A stretch of DNA of 64,000 nt from positions 11,096,818-11,160,817 of the forward strand of contig OZ037772.1 of NCBI GenBank assembly GCA_964035545.1. The letters are read 5' to 3'. This DNA comes from Bugula neritina (Eukaryota; Animalia; Bryozoa). Position 1 is the first letter of the stretch; each line of letters starts with the position of its first letter. A model generated the notes under the pieces. That model worked only from the letters and a program-made list of their open reading frames with translations. It ran no database searches and was not told where the DNA came from. This document shows, piece after piece, positions 36,421-49,200 of the stretch. The position numbers and the translations under genes are program-made.

Positions 36421-39163
36421 TTACAACAATTCTAAGTCTGTCACCATCTTTTGCCTTTTACCCTTTTCAAAAACATGTTTGTTTGTGTAAGTTGTCTTCC
36501 CTTGCCCCTGTGAGTCACCACCTAGCTCTTCCCACTCGCTGTCAAATGACATTGCCTTTTGACCTAACTTCTTATTGGTTGAGGTATTTGTGACTGAAGA
36601 CTTGTGTGGTGGGACAGTGTTGTTGCTACCAGAGTTCTGTGACATGGTAACTAACAAAGGCAGCTGTTTTATGATCTCCAAACTTTGAAGTTGAGCTTTT
36701 GTTTTTGGAGAAAAGTCTTCAAAAATCCTGTTTCTTGTCCTGCTAAAAAAGCAATATAATGTAAAATGGATAAAATTATCGTTCAGTTAGAAGAAACCTA
36801 CCGAGCCTTGTTTTTATATTTTATTTTTTCATTGTTATACCTTTCATTTGCTTAAGTTAGGGAAGCTCCATTCTAGCAAGCTGCTATATAATATTATAAT
36901 AAGTTAGGGCTTTTGTGAAATGAAATTGCATTATATTTTGTTAATATTTTTAAAAGCTGATTTACTTAAAGTATATTTTTACTCTATTGAAATTTTCTTC
37001 AAAGAACTGTAAAATGGTTATACTAAAAATGTCAGCACATCATTGCAAGAGTATGGGTCTGCTGTGATTAGGGCTATGACATCATGGCTTCTGGTAGAGA
37101 AGAAAGCTTTCTGATAGCTGTGAGCTGAATGCACATGGGAACAGCTGGAGTTCTTTGATTAAGTAAGTTGGGCTAACATTACAACTATTACTATAACAGT
37201 ACTTGTACTACCATGGCAAAAACACCCTCACAAGTGTTCAATAGTTATAATAATTACATAGAATTATATTGTATTTACATAATATATAATTATGAAAATT
37301 TCAATGATTATATATAATTATTAATATAATGTATAATATATCAATAACACAATATATAATCATTATATTCATTAATTATAAGTTGTTTCTGATTGCTTTT
37401 TTTTCAAAACTTCATTGCTAACAAAGCATTTAAAAACACCAAACAATTTAGTTTAACTCTGAACATAAGTTAGTAGGTATAGTTGCTGCATTAAAATATT
37501 ATTGATTATTTAATTGTTATATTTAGTTCTATTTTAAGCGTTTGGCATATATTATACTCTTACTTGATTATAGTTATTTATTACTTCAGGATTAAATTTC
37601 ATTGATTCACTAAACCAGTACAGCCCATTATGGTATCCTGCAAAGTGGTTTATCAGCTAAACTGTCACGATAATCGTTTGAGATTTGGACAGTGACCTTG
37701 ACATGGTTGTAGTATTGTGCACAGTGTTGTTTTGTGATTTTCCAGTAGCTATTATAGTATAGTAGATATCACGATAACTTGGAAGTTAAAACTCTGAGGT
37801 TTGATTCCCAGTGAGGGCAATTATTTTACACACAGTATATCTATACAGTGATTTTCCAAAATAGTGTAAACAAAGCTTTACTCGAATGTCTAATGTATAC
37901 AAAAAGATTGAAGTTGAAATTTATAGTTCTGCTCCATAATTGAAAAAAGTTGAAAAAATGTTTTGAATTTTTACCAAGGTTACCATGAAGTCATGCAATC
38001 ACTTCCTATAGGCTATTATAAATAGGTTTTGTACAAAAGTGGCACCTTTTTACAAATGCAGTTAAATTTAGTTGATCTCTTAAAAGTAAACCAATAGTAA
38101 AATACAACTGCTCTACTTTTCAATATGTTGCATTCTTTATTATTGTCAAATAGAGATGAGCTATTACTATATATGGTATGTGATATTAAAGCAAATAAGG
38201 CATATAAAACAGCTCTTTAAAGACTATCTTATCGAATCATATCTCATCTAACAATGAGCTCACAAAATGATTACAAGGTCACAAGTGCAAATTAGGGGAT
38301 AGACGGATTGCTCTTTAGTGTCCCATTGTAGCTTATAGTGTTACAAGTTTCTAAAAATGAACAGTTTTTTTGTGTTTTGATATCCAAGACTTAGTTTTGC
38401 ACAACATTTTATGTGCTCTAAAGTTTCACTATGTGTGTTTGCTAGTACATTCGTCTTTCTTCATTCTCAGTTGTTACCTAATTAGGATTAGGGAATATTT
38501 TATCACATTTAAACTTAAGTAAAACACATAAATTATGGAACAAATATGGTAAAAAATAATATTTAAATACATACCAGAATAGTGTTGATAGAATTGCTTA
38601 CTGGACAACAACTCTTCGTACTAATTGATTACTGGATTCAACGCTGCCGTTCTGAGTAATTATGGCAGCTGAAATACCTGACAATAACACAACAACTAAA
38701 ATCTCTTTCACACATCTCTGAGTGATGAAATTTTTTCCACAATAAAATCTATCAAAACTACACAAGGTCTATTATTAATTGTGGAAAATCAATAGTCCTC
38801 ATACAACTAGAGTATAAAGAAAGCATTCAATGAAAGAGATATATCTATTGCAATTATGATTGTAAAGAGCATTGATTTTTGATTAATTTCCCACTGATGA
38901 ATTTCTTGTCAAATTGCCTATAACTCTTTCTTCCAATTAATACTCAGTCTGCTAGTCTGTTTCACAATACAGTTGTCTGGTAGTTTAGTTTTAATAGCAA
39001 AAATAGAGTTGCAATAATACACTACAGTTTTCCTAATAGTCCAATAGCCGCTGGCAAAAAAAACTGACGTATGTAATTGGCCCATAAGGCAATTTCACAA
39101 TGTCTTAGATTTTTTTTAAAGTTGTATATCTTAGTCTTAGCTACAGCCAAATAAGTCACCCAT
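36421..39163 (-). CDS. Putative small orphan protein
   Basis: Terminal exon 36742-36421 (RTRNRIFEDFSPKTKAQLQSLEIIKQLP..FDSEWEELGG..KMVTDLELL, stop) is phase-compatible with 38677-38602 and an ATG-G/donor at 39163-39160. The 5' structure is uncertain. Confidence 0.4.
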
Positions 39164-40152
39164 TGAGAATTCTTTAGGTGTTGAAGACTAAAACCAATAG
39201 ATTCTTTCATGAAAATAACACTTCTCATCTACTGTGCTGCATCTATCACATTAGGTGGTTGAATTAGTCAATAACTGTAAATGGACGAAGGATTATTAAA
39301 AAAAGTAGACATTCATACATGTTTGAAATTTTGCAGTTTATATGTTGTGCAATAACTAAATATATATGGTCATATAATACTTAGATCGTGGTACATTTAA
39401 CTAAAATAATATCTCGGCTGAACACTAGATGGGAGTTGTCATCCCGATAATTTATATACCATAGCTAATTCAGTTGTTGCTAGTTACAAGCAGCTGGTTG
39501 CTAGCTCCTTGCTATATTATTCTGTCTTAAAATTCTGATATTTGCAATCCAGCACCATTAAATTTAGAAATTTCAAAGTGACTTCTTTTTAAAAAAACGT
39601 CGAAATTTATTCGAATGAGTTGTCTTTCCTTGATAAGTGCATGGGGTTGTATTTTCAACAGAACTATAGTAGCTATTCAACTAGTTCTGTTGCTGCAGAA
39701 ACTGAATGGAATTTATAATTTATCTAGTAATATAAAACCAACTCTTCCTAATTCACAGAACTGAAGCTAAATTACACCAAGGAGACTCAACTAAAGTGAT
39801 TACAATGGAACAGCTTTGCTATATTATGTACACAATTCTTTAATATTGTGACAAATGAATAACAAAGGGCTATTATAATGGTTTTCTTACCAAATTTTAA
39901 TATAAAATTAAGCGTTTTTAACAGATTACATTCCCTGTGTGTAACATAGAGTAAATCAAAATGAGTCGTTTTTAATAGCAGAAAAAACTGCTAAATTCAT
40001 AATTTAATATAAGAAAATACAATAAATATTATGAAATAAATTGGAGAAAATATTGATATACTATAGAGATACACAGGTCATGCGACTGCCAGTGAGAAAT
40101 GATTGTATAGGTCACATGACTAAAATGATCACATGACAATGAGGATCCCATT

Positions 40153-43100
40153 TTACTTCTTCTTTGCTTTACGTTTAGGAAGGCGTCTCTTGTTTTTACT
40201 GTCTATCAGCGACTGAGACTGTTTCTTGAGGTTGGCTCTAGTCATCAACTCTCCGTCATCATCTCCACTTTCATCTTCATCTACAAGGGATAGTACTGTC
40301 TATATACTAGGGCTAATATACAGTATCTACATCATGTCTATATAATAGGACGTATATTTATATGTCTTTACACAAAGCTGGGTGTATTATTTAAAAGCAA
40401 CTGTGACAGGTATTTGACTACCAAAACAACAATGTTGAGGGTATTACTACATATGTGTTCGCAGTGCACTGCTGTACAGTGGAGGATAGGGTGGAATAAG
40501 GGGTGGATAGGGAAGGGGTAGAGTTAGGGTGCTGCTAGCAGTAAGCCTACAACATGACTGACTCCGTCAGCTGAGACTAACTTACTAAATGTGATTCCAT
40601 ATATGTTGTAAACTACACAGTATAACAGTAAGCTTTAGTACCAAACATCAGCTGTGTTTGTGATACCAAATTACACTAATAACATTAAATAACAAATAAA
40701 TGTGTTGCTATTCTAAGTCTATATTAGTGAGATAGACCGAGTAACATACCGTCATACACATTATCTCTCTGGGTTTGAGGGAGCTTCACTCTGGTGTTGT
40801 ATTCTGGTAATTTGCCCTCCATCTGTGCATGATACTGTAACAGAAGGCAAGCACATATAGGAGTTGTTTCCACATTATACTATATTTTACATACAAATAG
40901 GAGTTGTTTCCACATTATACTATATTCGACATGTAAGTAGGTGTTGTTTCCACATTAGACAAATGGTTATCTGATTTTACTGCTACTGCAACTACCACTA
41001 TTACTAGTATTGCTAGTATTACTAGTAGTAGTACTACTACTGCTGCTAGTGGTAGTACGTACTACTGCTACTACTAGCAGTAATAGTAATACTACTAGTA
41101 TTACTAGTAATAGTACTACTACTAGCAGCAGTACCATTACTGCTAGCACTAGCAGTAGTAGTAGTACTACTGCTGGTACTACTACTACCATTACTACTAC
41201 TACTACTACTGCTACTGCTACTGCTACTGCTACTGCTACTGCTACTGCTACTGCTACTACTACTACTACTGCTAGTACCTCTTCTTCCTCCATTCTCTTG
41301 AGCAGATCTTCCACATCCTGTCCATCGAGCTCTTCAAGTAACTTCAGTAACTTTTCCTCAGATGTGCTTAGGAGGTCAAGGACATACTCATCAGATGATT
41401 TAGAGATCTGTGTGCCCGGAACATGACCTTTATTCTGAAAAATTTGCTTCACATTGTAAACTACTGCAGCAATACAGTGCAATACATTATATCAATACAT
41501 TATAGCAATATAATGCAATGCAGTACAGCAATACAGTGCATTACAGTATAGTCACACAGTGCATAACAGTATCGAAATACAGTGCAATACAATCCAGCAA
41601 TGCAATGCACTATTACACAATAACAAGTACATTACAGTACAACAATACAGTAAATTAATAGATGAGCATACCTTAAAACATTATAATACATTCCATCATT
41701 ATAACACTACATAAGTTTAAAAAATAAATTCTTTTCAAATTATATAATTATATTTGTCATGCAAAACACTCACAGCTTTCAAGTGGTTAAGTTTATCAGC
41801 TAAGTGCTCGACTCCTGACTTGACGTCAAACAGAATGTGACTCTGTCTGCTAAGTTTATCTGCAAGATCCTCCCGCTTGTTCACCTCCTTATCCAGATGG
41901 TTCTGGAAGTTCTCCAGCATTCTCTGTCCACTATGAAAAAGACCTTGACATTTCAACAGACATAATTTTTTTCAAATATGTAACTTCCTGTTTTTTTTAG
42001 AAATTTATATACATTTTATAAAAATTCCTTTCGAAAAGTTGAATCGTTACTCAAACTGATTGAATTGATAAGTATATTTAGTATTCACAACTTTTTTATT
42101 ATAAAAATGACAATGTACCAAACAACACCCTGAGAAAATTTTTCTAAAATTAGGCCTAAAATCTATACTGACATGAAAATTATTTATAAAAATAAGAAAT
42201 AATAACTCAAACCTTTTTGCTAGAATTAGCCCTAAAACTATGACATGAATATTGCCATAATATTCAGGGACAGAAAGATATTCCCCCTTACCTAGATAGT
42301 TTAGCCTCGCCGCTATATTTCATATCTTCGAAATCTGATTTCAGTTTCTCCTTGTCCTCAGTCAGCCTTTCAATCTGCTTTTCAGCTGCCAGCTGCAATT
42401 CCTCCAGGTGAGTAGTCGTCTCTCCTTGGTTCTCAAACCGCTCGACCACCTCCGCCGTATCGCTAACTCCAGTAGCTTCTTTAATGTATAGAAAAGCCTC
42501 TTCATATGTCAGGATTTTCTGCGCGTTTTCTTCGCTGCCGGCGTTGTTGGCTGCCTGAGCAGGCTGAGTCTCATCTTGTAGAATAGAACCGGCTCTGGCA
42601 GCCTGTAAGATGGTACACGCTGCCGTCAAATGCTTGAACATGCACTATTATAATAGGCACCCCTACACCACTGCATTTCCTTTCAGTTACAGAGATCTAG
42701 GTTTTGATTTAGAACAGGCTTAGAGATTTCGGTTAAGTGTTTAGGGTTTGGGATGTGATTATCTTCTTTAACAGCTGCCTAACTTTAAATGCAGTGAGAA
42801 CAAATTAAACTAGAAATACTAAAACTTTGCACTTTTTAGCTGCTATTACAACCACCACCACCACTACCACAACCACCACTACCACCAACACCACCGCCAC
42901 CACCACAACCACCACCACTACCACCAACACCACCGCCACCAACACCCCTACCACCAATACCACCACCACTACCATTACTCACTATTCTCTCAGATGTTAT
43001 TACTACCACTACCACCACCACCAACACTACCACCACCACTACCACCAACACCACCGCCACCACCACCACCACCATTACTCACTATTCTTCTTTCTATCTT

Positions 43101-45483
43101 CTCATGAGCCAACTTTCGCTCCTCAGCTTCTTTCTTCATCTGCTGCAACTCAATCTCTCGCTTCTTCCTGTCCGAGTAGACAGCTTCCTCGTGTTTTCTA
43201 AGCTCACTTTGAGCCGCCTCTTTAGAGATTTGAGCGTCATTGTGCATACTCTGAAAATATTATGATCAGTTGTCAAAGTGACAACAAATCCAAAACTCTT
43301 CAACTTAGATGTACTTAATGGGAAGAATATGTGTAAAACAGACCATGCACAGCTCATCTCCAAATAAAGTTTTTAGCAAAATTGTATTTTAAACATTTCT
43401 TAAACAAAAGCTTATTTCAGTTGGCAGTACTACAGTACAGACTGGGCAAGGCAGGAAATCAAATCAATGTGACTCTAAATGACTCATTATATTTATCAAA
43501 ACGACTCTACTCTGTTAACTCTACATACTTTCAGATCTTTCAGCTCAGATCGAAGGCGTTTAATTTCTGACTCCATGGAGTTGAGTTGATTTGGGAAACT
43601 CAAAGCCTCCTCCTCAAGCTTAGCTTTAATCTGTAAATATGTCTTCTTAATCTGTTCCGCTTCATTGCACTTCAAATCTGCTTTATCTTGTCTGTTCTCC
43701 AAATTCCTCAGTCTGAGATATAAAATAAAGCAAACATTTTTTTTAAACAATTTTAATACTCATAAAATACTGTAGCGTTCCTCCAGTAGCTTCCATAGTG
43801 TAATGGTTAGCATGTGGGCTTGCATGTTAGAAGTCTGAGGTTCGATTCCTGGTGGGGGTAGAATTTATTGTGGGCCGTAGACTAATACACTTTCAAAGTA
43901 GTGCAAAAGTATCTTTTACTGGACGCCTTCCCTAATACCACCAGTCTAGCCTGTGTGCCACACTTAACAATCACTACTGGGCCAGCATCATTCTCAGGGC
44001 AATAAATTGAGAGCAAAAATACATGCATCAGTCAATTTAAATATCTAGTTTAAGTTTTAGTAAGTTTACCATTAAGCAACACTACACAACTAGATATACC
44101 AATTTCTTTACCATTAAGCAATACTACACAACTAGATATACTAACTTCTTTGCATCCTCACTCTCTCCAGCATCAGTAGCCACAGCTTCAGATGCATCTT
44201 TTACCATAGTGTTATACAAGGTTTGTAGCTCTTCCACTTTCTTCTGTTTCGCTGCCGTTGAATGTTTCAGCTGATTCAGCTTTTTGATCTGGTCAGAGAG
44301 CTTCTGATCTTGTACTCGGATAGCTTCCTACCAAAGATTATAAAATGACTCGAAGGTATTAAAACAGCTTTTCCAGAAGACAGTAATACTTGTGTTACAT
44401 GATTTTAAATGGCCTCTTTATTGTAACAAAGTATTCGCATACTTTACTAAAAATTATTCTCCAATTTCTTCTCTAATATTAAAATTTTAGGCTAGATACT
44501 ATAGTGCTTTTAGTAATGATAGTTGAACCACTAAAAACTAGATTGTATAGTAACAAATAGTCATTGTGACTGTAACTTATTTATTTGGTCTCAGAAGCCA
44601 ACAGTAAGAGTCATCATGATTTAAATAGTTGATCCTAGTAACTATTAGTCATAGTGACTAGTAGTCATAGTGACTATGAGTCATAGTGACTATAAGTCAT
44701 AGTGATTATGAGTCATAGTGACTATCAGTCACAGTGACTATGAGTCATAGTGACTATTAGTAATAGTGACTCATTACTTACTGAACCAGATTTATTCTTC
44801 ATAGCAGCTCTTTCTACATTTCGGTCTTGAAATGCCTTATTTATCACATGTTCATCTGCCTGAAACAAGAATAATTTGGGAATTTATGTGCTAAAAAACT
44901 ATTAAAACAACAACAAATTGTAAAGCTTTGAACTTTAATATGTTTAGAAAATAAAGAAAATATGTTGTGTGAATTGTTTTTGAATACTTTTGAAAACATA
45001 TTTTTTAAATATAGACTTACAGCAAGGCAGTCACTCAACTTCTTGCGGATTATTTTATTATCTTTCCGGAGTTGACTAATGGCATCTTTATTTTGTTTAA
45101 TTGTCCATTGAGAGTTTTCATAGTAAGCTTTTCTGTCTCCCTCTAAAAAATTGATATGATAATAATTATACTCTTGATATAGTTGCACAGACATTACAAT
45201 CTTGTAAGAAATTAAAAACCATGTTGTATAGATGATCATAATAATATTCATATTAAATTTGACAATCATTATGCTCTTAGTGTTACTCTCAGTGTTACAG
45301 TCCTACTTAATATGAATATATAAATATGAATATGTATGTCAATATGAATACGAATATGTATATCAATATGAATACGAACACCAATTTGTAATAAACATAG
45401 TTATAATTATAATATAAGTTACCTAGAAGGTTTATCCTAGCTCTCAGCTCATCAATTTTTTCTTGCATTGATTGTGTTGCCAT
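40153..45483 (-). CDS. ODAD3: Outer dynein arm docking complex subunit 3 (CCDC151)
   Basis: Eleven phase-consistent exons: 45483-45423, 45142-45021, 44859-44782, 44327-44146, 43712-43529, 43250-43083, 42602-42292, 41930-41774, 41434-41279, 40834-40750, 40280-40153. Coiled coil with LLEGDRKAYYENSQWTIKQNK, IKEATGVSDTAEVVERF, MKYSGEAKLSSGQ, EGKLPEYNTRVKLP and an acidic-then-basic C-terminus. Confidence 0.92.
40855..40958. repeat. ~39-40 bp tandem repeat, 3 copies, in an ODAD3 intron
   Basis: TAGG(A/T)GTTGTTTCCACATTA(T/G)AC occurs three times. Confidence 0.85.
40977..41277. repeat. (TAC/TGC/TAG)n trinucleotide tract starting at an ODAD3 donor site
   Basis: Direct reading. Confidence 0.9.
41465..41650. 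repeat. Degenerate (AATACAGTGC)n repeat
   Basis: Direct reading; next to the acceptor at 41435. Confidence 0.7.
42846..43090. repeat. (ACC)n tract containing a duplicated splice donor
   Basis: ACCATTACTCACTATTCT occurs at 42971 and 43071. Confidence 0.9.
43785..43965 (+). mobile_element. tRNA-derived SINE, family B
   Basis: AGTAGCTTCCATAGTGTAATGGTTAGCATG..CTTGCAT..GGTTCGATTCCTGGTGGGGGTA; A and B boxes; head similar to 34074; 3' limit approximate. Confidence 0.6.
44630..44775. repeat. 16-bp minisatellite next to an ODAD3 donor site
   Basis: About 8-9 units of GACTATGAGTCATAGT. Confidence 0.9.
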
Positions 45484-46298
45484 TTTAGCTGAACTACAAA
45501 CAATGCACTTCTTACTAGATTTTGTAGAACAGCAAATGCAATGATTAAATCACTTGGAGTGAGTATTGCTATTACTAGCTTTTACTCAGTATCTCGGCGG
45601 TTGCTAGTCAACAAGTGCGCGTGTTGCTGGGGGTGCTATATACACATGCGCAAACGTTTGGCTTCAAACGGGGGAAATTAACTCCGTATTGTATACCAAA
45701 TTGACCAAAGATAAGACGTCGGGGCGTAATACAACTTTAGTCGTAATAGCGTCGTTATTAGCATTATGATGTTTCGTGCCACTGCAAAATGATTGCGACG
45801 GGTAACGGTTATAAATCTAGGGGGTGTAATAAATATCCTGTTATCTTGCAAGACGAAGTGCGAGTCAAAAGATTCAGAACGATTAAAACAAAAGTAATAC
45901 TAATAGCGCTTGAACATTTACTATTTACTAAAGACCCCACAAGTATAATTAAGATTGTTTATATTTTTAGTTTAACTTTGTGATTATGTTAACAAATCTA
46001 TATCAGATTCACGGTAAACTAAAACTTACTCTTAGAATTCGTTGACCGGTAGTTCAAGTTGACTCATGACTGACACTCACAGTCACACTAGATTAATCAT
46101 TAATGTGTTGATTGAATAAAAATACGTTTGTATCAATATAACTTTTACAGCAACTGAAATTTTAGTGGGTTGCATACTTAATCTTATACCAAAAGAACTA
46201 TAGATGATCAAAACAAATCATTAATGCTCACTTACGAATTCCCTTTTACTCATTTTTATATATTTAAGACTCAATTTAATTTAATTTTCTTTATTAGC
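45484..46298. promoter_or_regulatory. Bidirectional promoter region of ODAD3 and DHDH, with an X-box-like motif
   Basis: Divergent ATGs about 815 bp apart; CpG-enriched around 45590-45870; GTTGCTAGTCAAC at 45600-45612; candidate DHDH 5' UTR donor near 46014 and acceptor at 46297. Confidence 0.65.
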
Positions 46299-49200
46299 AT
46301 GGAGAAGCTTAAATGGGGCATAGTTTCTAGTGGAAAGATTTGTCACGATTTTGTCAATGCACTGAATGACCCCAGTGGACCGGCTGCAGCTGGTAACACT
46401 GTAAGTTGTTTTTGTATTTTTACCAAAGGATGGGAAGCAGGTCATATCTAGTTATATATTTGATTTTTGTTAATAGTTGATAGTTAACTAAATTTGTTTT
46501 TTTATGTTTAGAATATCATGTTTGTTTATAAGACGTAAACTACTCTTGATGGCGGTTTTGAAGGTGGTTGCTGTAGCTGCTAGACAGCTAGACAGAGCTA
46601 AAACGTTTGCAGAGAATCACAAGATTCCTAAATTCTATGGAAGCTATGAAGAGCTGGCCAAAGATGGAAACATAGGTAAGTCTTAAACTTGACTCAGTAT
46701 ACTTGAGATTTCTAGTTTCACATTTATTGTAGATGTTGGTTGTATAAATAGCATTAGCTCTATATTTCGGTGACTGTAGTGTCTATAAATAGCCTAAGCT
46801 CTGCGCTTAGTTTAGATACGGTGAACATATGTGTAGTAGAGGTTATATATGTAGTGTAGACGTATTATACATAGGTAAAGCCAATTATATATATTTTGTA
46901 CTCACAATGTACATAGGAAACACCAGGGCTATTGTGTGTGTTGTAGATGTAATGTACATAAGTAACACCGATTCTATATATCTTGCAGATGCAATGCATA
47001 TAGTATTGTAGATGTATTGTGCATAGGTAGTGCCAACTCTGTATAATATATTGTAGGTGTAATGCATATAGGTAATGCCGGTTTTATATGTATATTGTAG
47101 ATGTAATGTGCATAAGTAACACCAACTCTATGTGTATTGTAGAAGTGGTATATATTGGTAACACAACTGGTCAACATTATGACGTGTGTAAGATGATGCT
47201 AGAGGCTGGTAAGCATATCCTGTGTGAAAAGAGTCTAACAACATCTATCTCCCTCACCAAAGAGCTGTTTGAGCTTGCAGCATCTAAAAAACTTTTTCTC
47301 ATGGAGGTTCGTTGTTTTGTGTTACTCGTTTGTTGAAATTTGCCATACAATACATGTAGGCCACTTAATGGTACAGTTTACTAAGTGAGCTATTTGCCAC
47401 GTTGCTAACTTAGTTTGAAGGTTTCAATTCGGCACAAACACAAGTATGGTTGAGCGTGCCTCTTGCTATCACTTACCTGAACTTGACTTGGTGCATGAGT
47501 GTCATGCTATAGTAGCTTTCTAACCTCTAGACCACGGCTGCCTTTTGCATTTTAGTTCATTCGTTTCATTCACCAATCTAAGTCAACTGTATTTTGGTTG
47601 AGATGTCAACTTATACTAGAAGTAATCACCATGACAATGTAATGTTTATATTAACTTGAAAACTTATATGTTGACATGCTCCAGGCATTTTATGTTGCAA
47701 GTGTGCCAGCTTTCTCTCATTACACTTTGTTGTATTGTAAATCAAATCATGTTTTAGTGAATTATATAGTTGCTTTTTATCATACTATTCTAGCAGGGTT
47801 ATATATTGACTCATCACAAATTTTAAAAACTTTATTGACAGCTAAAAAACCTTTTTTAAATACAAACCTGCTAGGAAATTATTTATTTGTCAAGCTTGTC
47901 AACATTGTATTATACCCGTTTTTACTAGAAATCTCACTATGTTTGTTCATCTTCACAAATTTAACATTGTTAATGAGTTTATGATTGTCTGCATTGCTTG
48001 GTGACATAAGTGTAGGCTGTTTTTGAAGATAATAAACTTACTCAACAAAAATTTCTACATCACAAAACTTAAATACAGCATAAAATACAGTTAGTTTCTG
48101 TTTCAGCTTTGGTTTGACTTTTAGTCTCCAGTCCTTATTTATAGCTGAGTTTCTATTTTCAGGCTGCCTGGTCTAACTTCTTCCCCACCTATAAAGAGCT
48201 CAAGAAGCTGATTTCTGCAGGTAATATTGGAATGTCAAATACTAGTAATACGCTGATTTAGCTTATTTTTTTCTTTAATTTAGAATATAAAAACAATGTA
48301 TTTGTATGAGTTGATTAATACACGCAAATATGGCTCTGCTTTAGTTCTTGTATTAAAGTTTATGCTTTTTTTTTGCTTAAGTTTGAACTGAGGATAGTGG
48401 TTTTGTATAGGGCAAAACTGTGTTGATGCCAATAAATGTGAAGGTTTTTTACAGCAATAAACAAATCATCTTGTTTCTTGCTTTTGTTTTGCTATTCTCA
48501 CACACTTCATTTATTTTATAGGACATGTGGGTGAAGTAACGCGCTTAGAGGCCAGCTTTGGTATTCGCGTATCTGGCGTACTCAGAGTGACATCAAAAGA
48601 ACTGGGAGGCGGGGCTAGTTTTGATTTAGGGATTTACGTAATCAATATTGCAAGACTGGTGTTTGGTGCAGAGCAGCCTGAAGAGGTCATTGCTAGAGGA
48701 GGCCTGTATCCTTCGGGTGAGTCTGAGATTACCATTTTGTGAGTGTGAGTGTTTTGCTCTTGACGCTAACTTTTTTCTATACATATGCTTCTTGTGTATA
48801 CTTTCTCTGCTACATCTTCAAATATGACGATTTCTCTTTTAGCTTGTTCTGTTCAATTTTCATGTGGCAGAAAAATGTAACTTGTTATAACAAGTTATAG
48901 CTCGTTACAACTTGTTCAACTGCGCTAAAAAATAAAATGATTGAAATTAATATATTGCAGTATTTTCATGCATCTGATATGTGTAGCCAATCAGCTTACA
49001 CTTTACTATTCTCCAGGAGCGGATTCAGACTGGGATGTCATCCTAGTGTTCTCTGGGGGGAGAAGGGCCGTGTTGAAATGTAGCTCTAAGTATGAGCTGG
49101 ACAACACAGCACGAGTCTCTGGAACAGAGGGCTGTATAGAAGTGAGTTTGGTTTTTTACTGACTTATATTTCATCAGCTTCCATCTTCTTTAGTTTACTT

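Noticed and set aside
40967-41426. Poly-Val/Ala and poly-Thr/Ser ORFs resembling a TM segment or mucin
   Set aside because: Translation of an intronic trinucleotide tract; the ODAD3 exon ends at the GT donor at 41278.
42827-43201. Poly-Thr/His/Gly ORFs
   Set aside because: (ACC)n intronic repeat, partly antisense to an ODAD3 exon.
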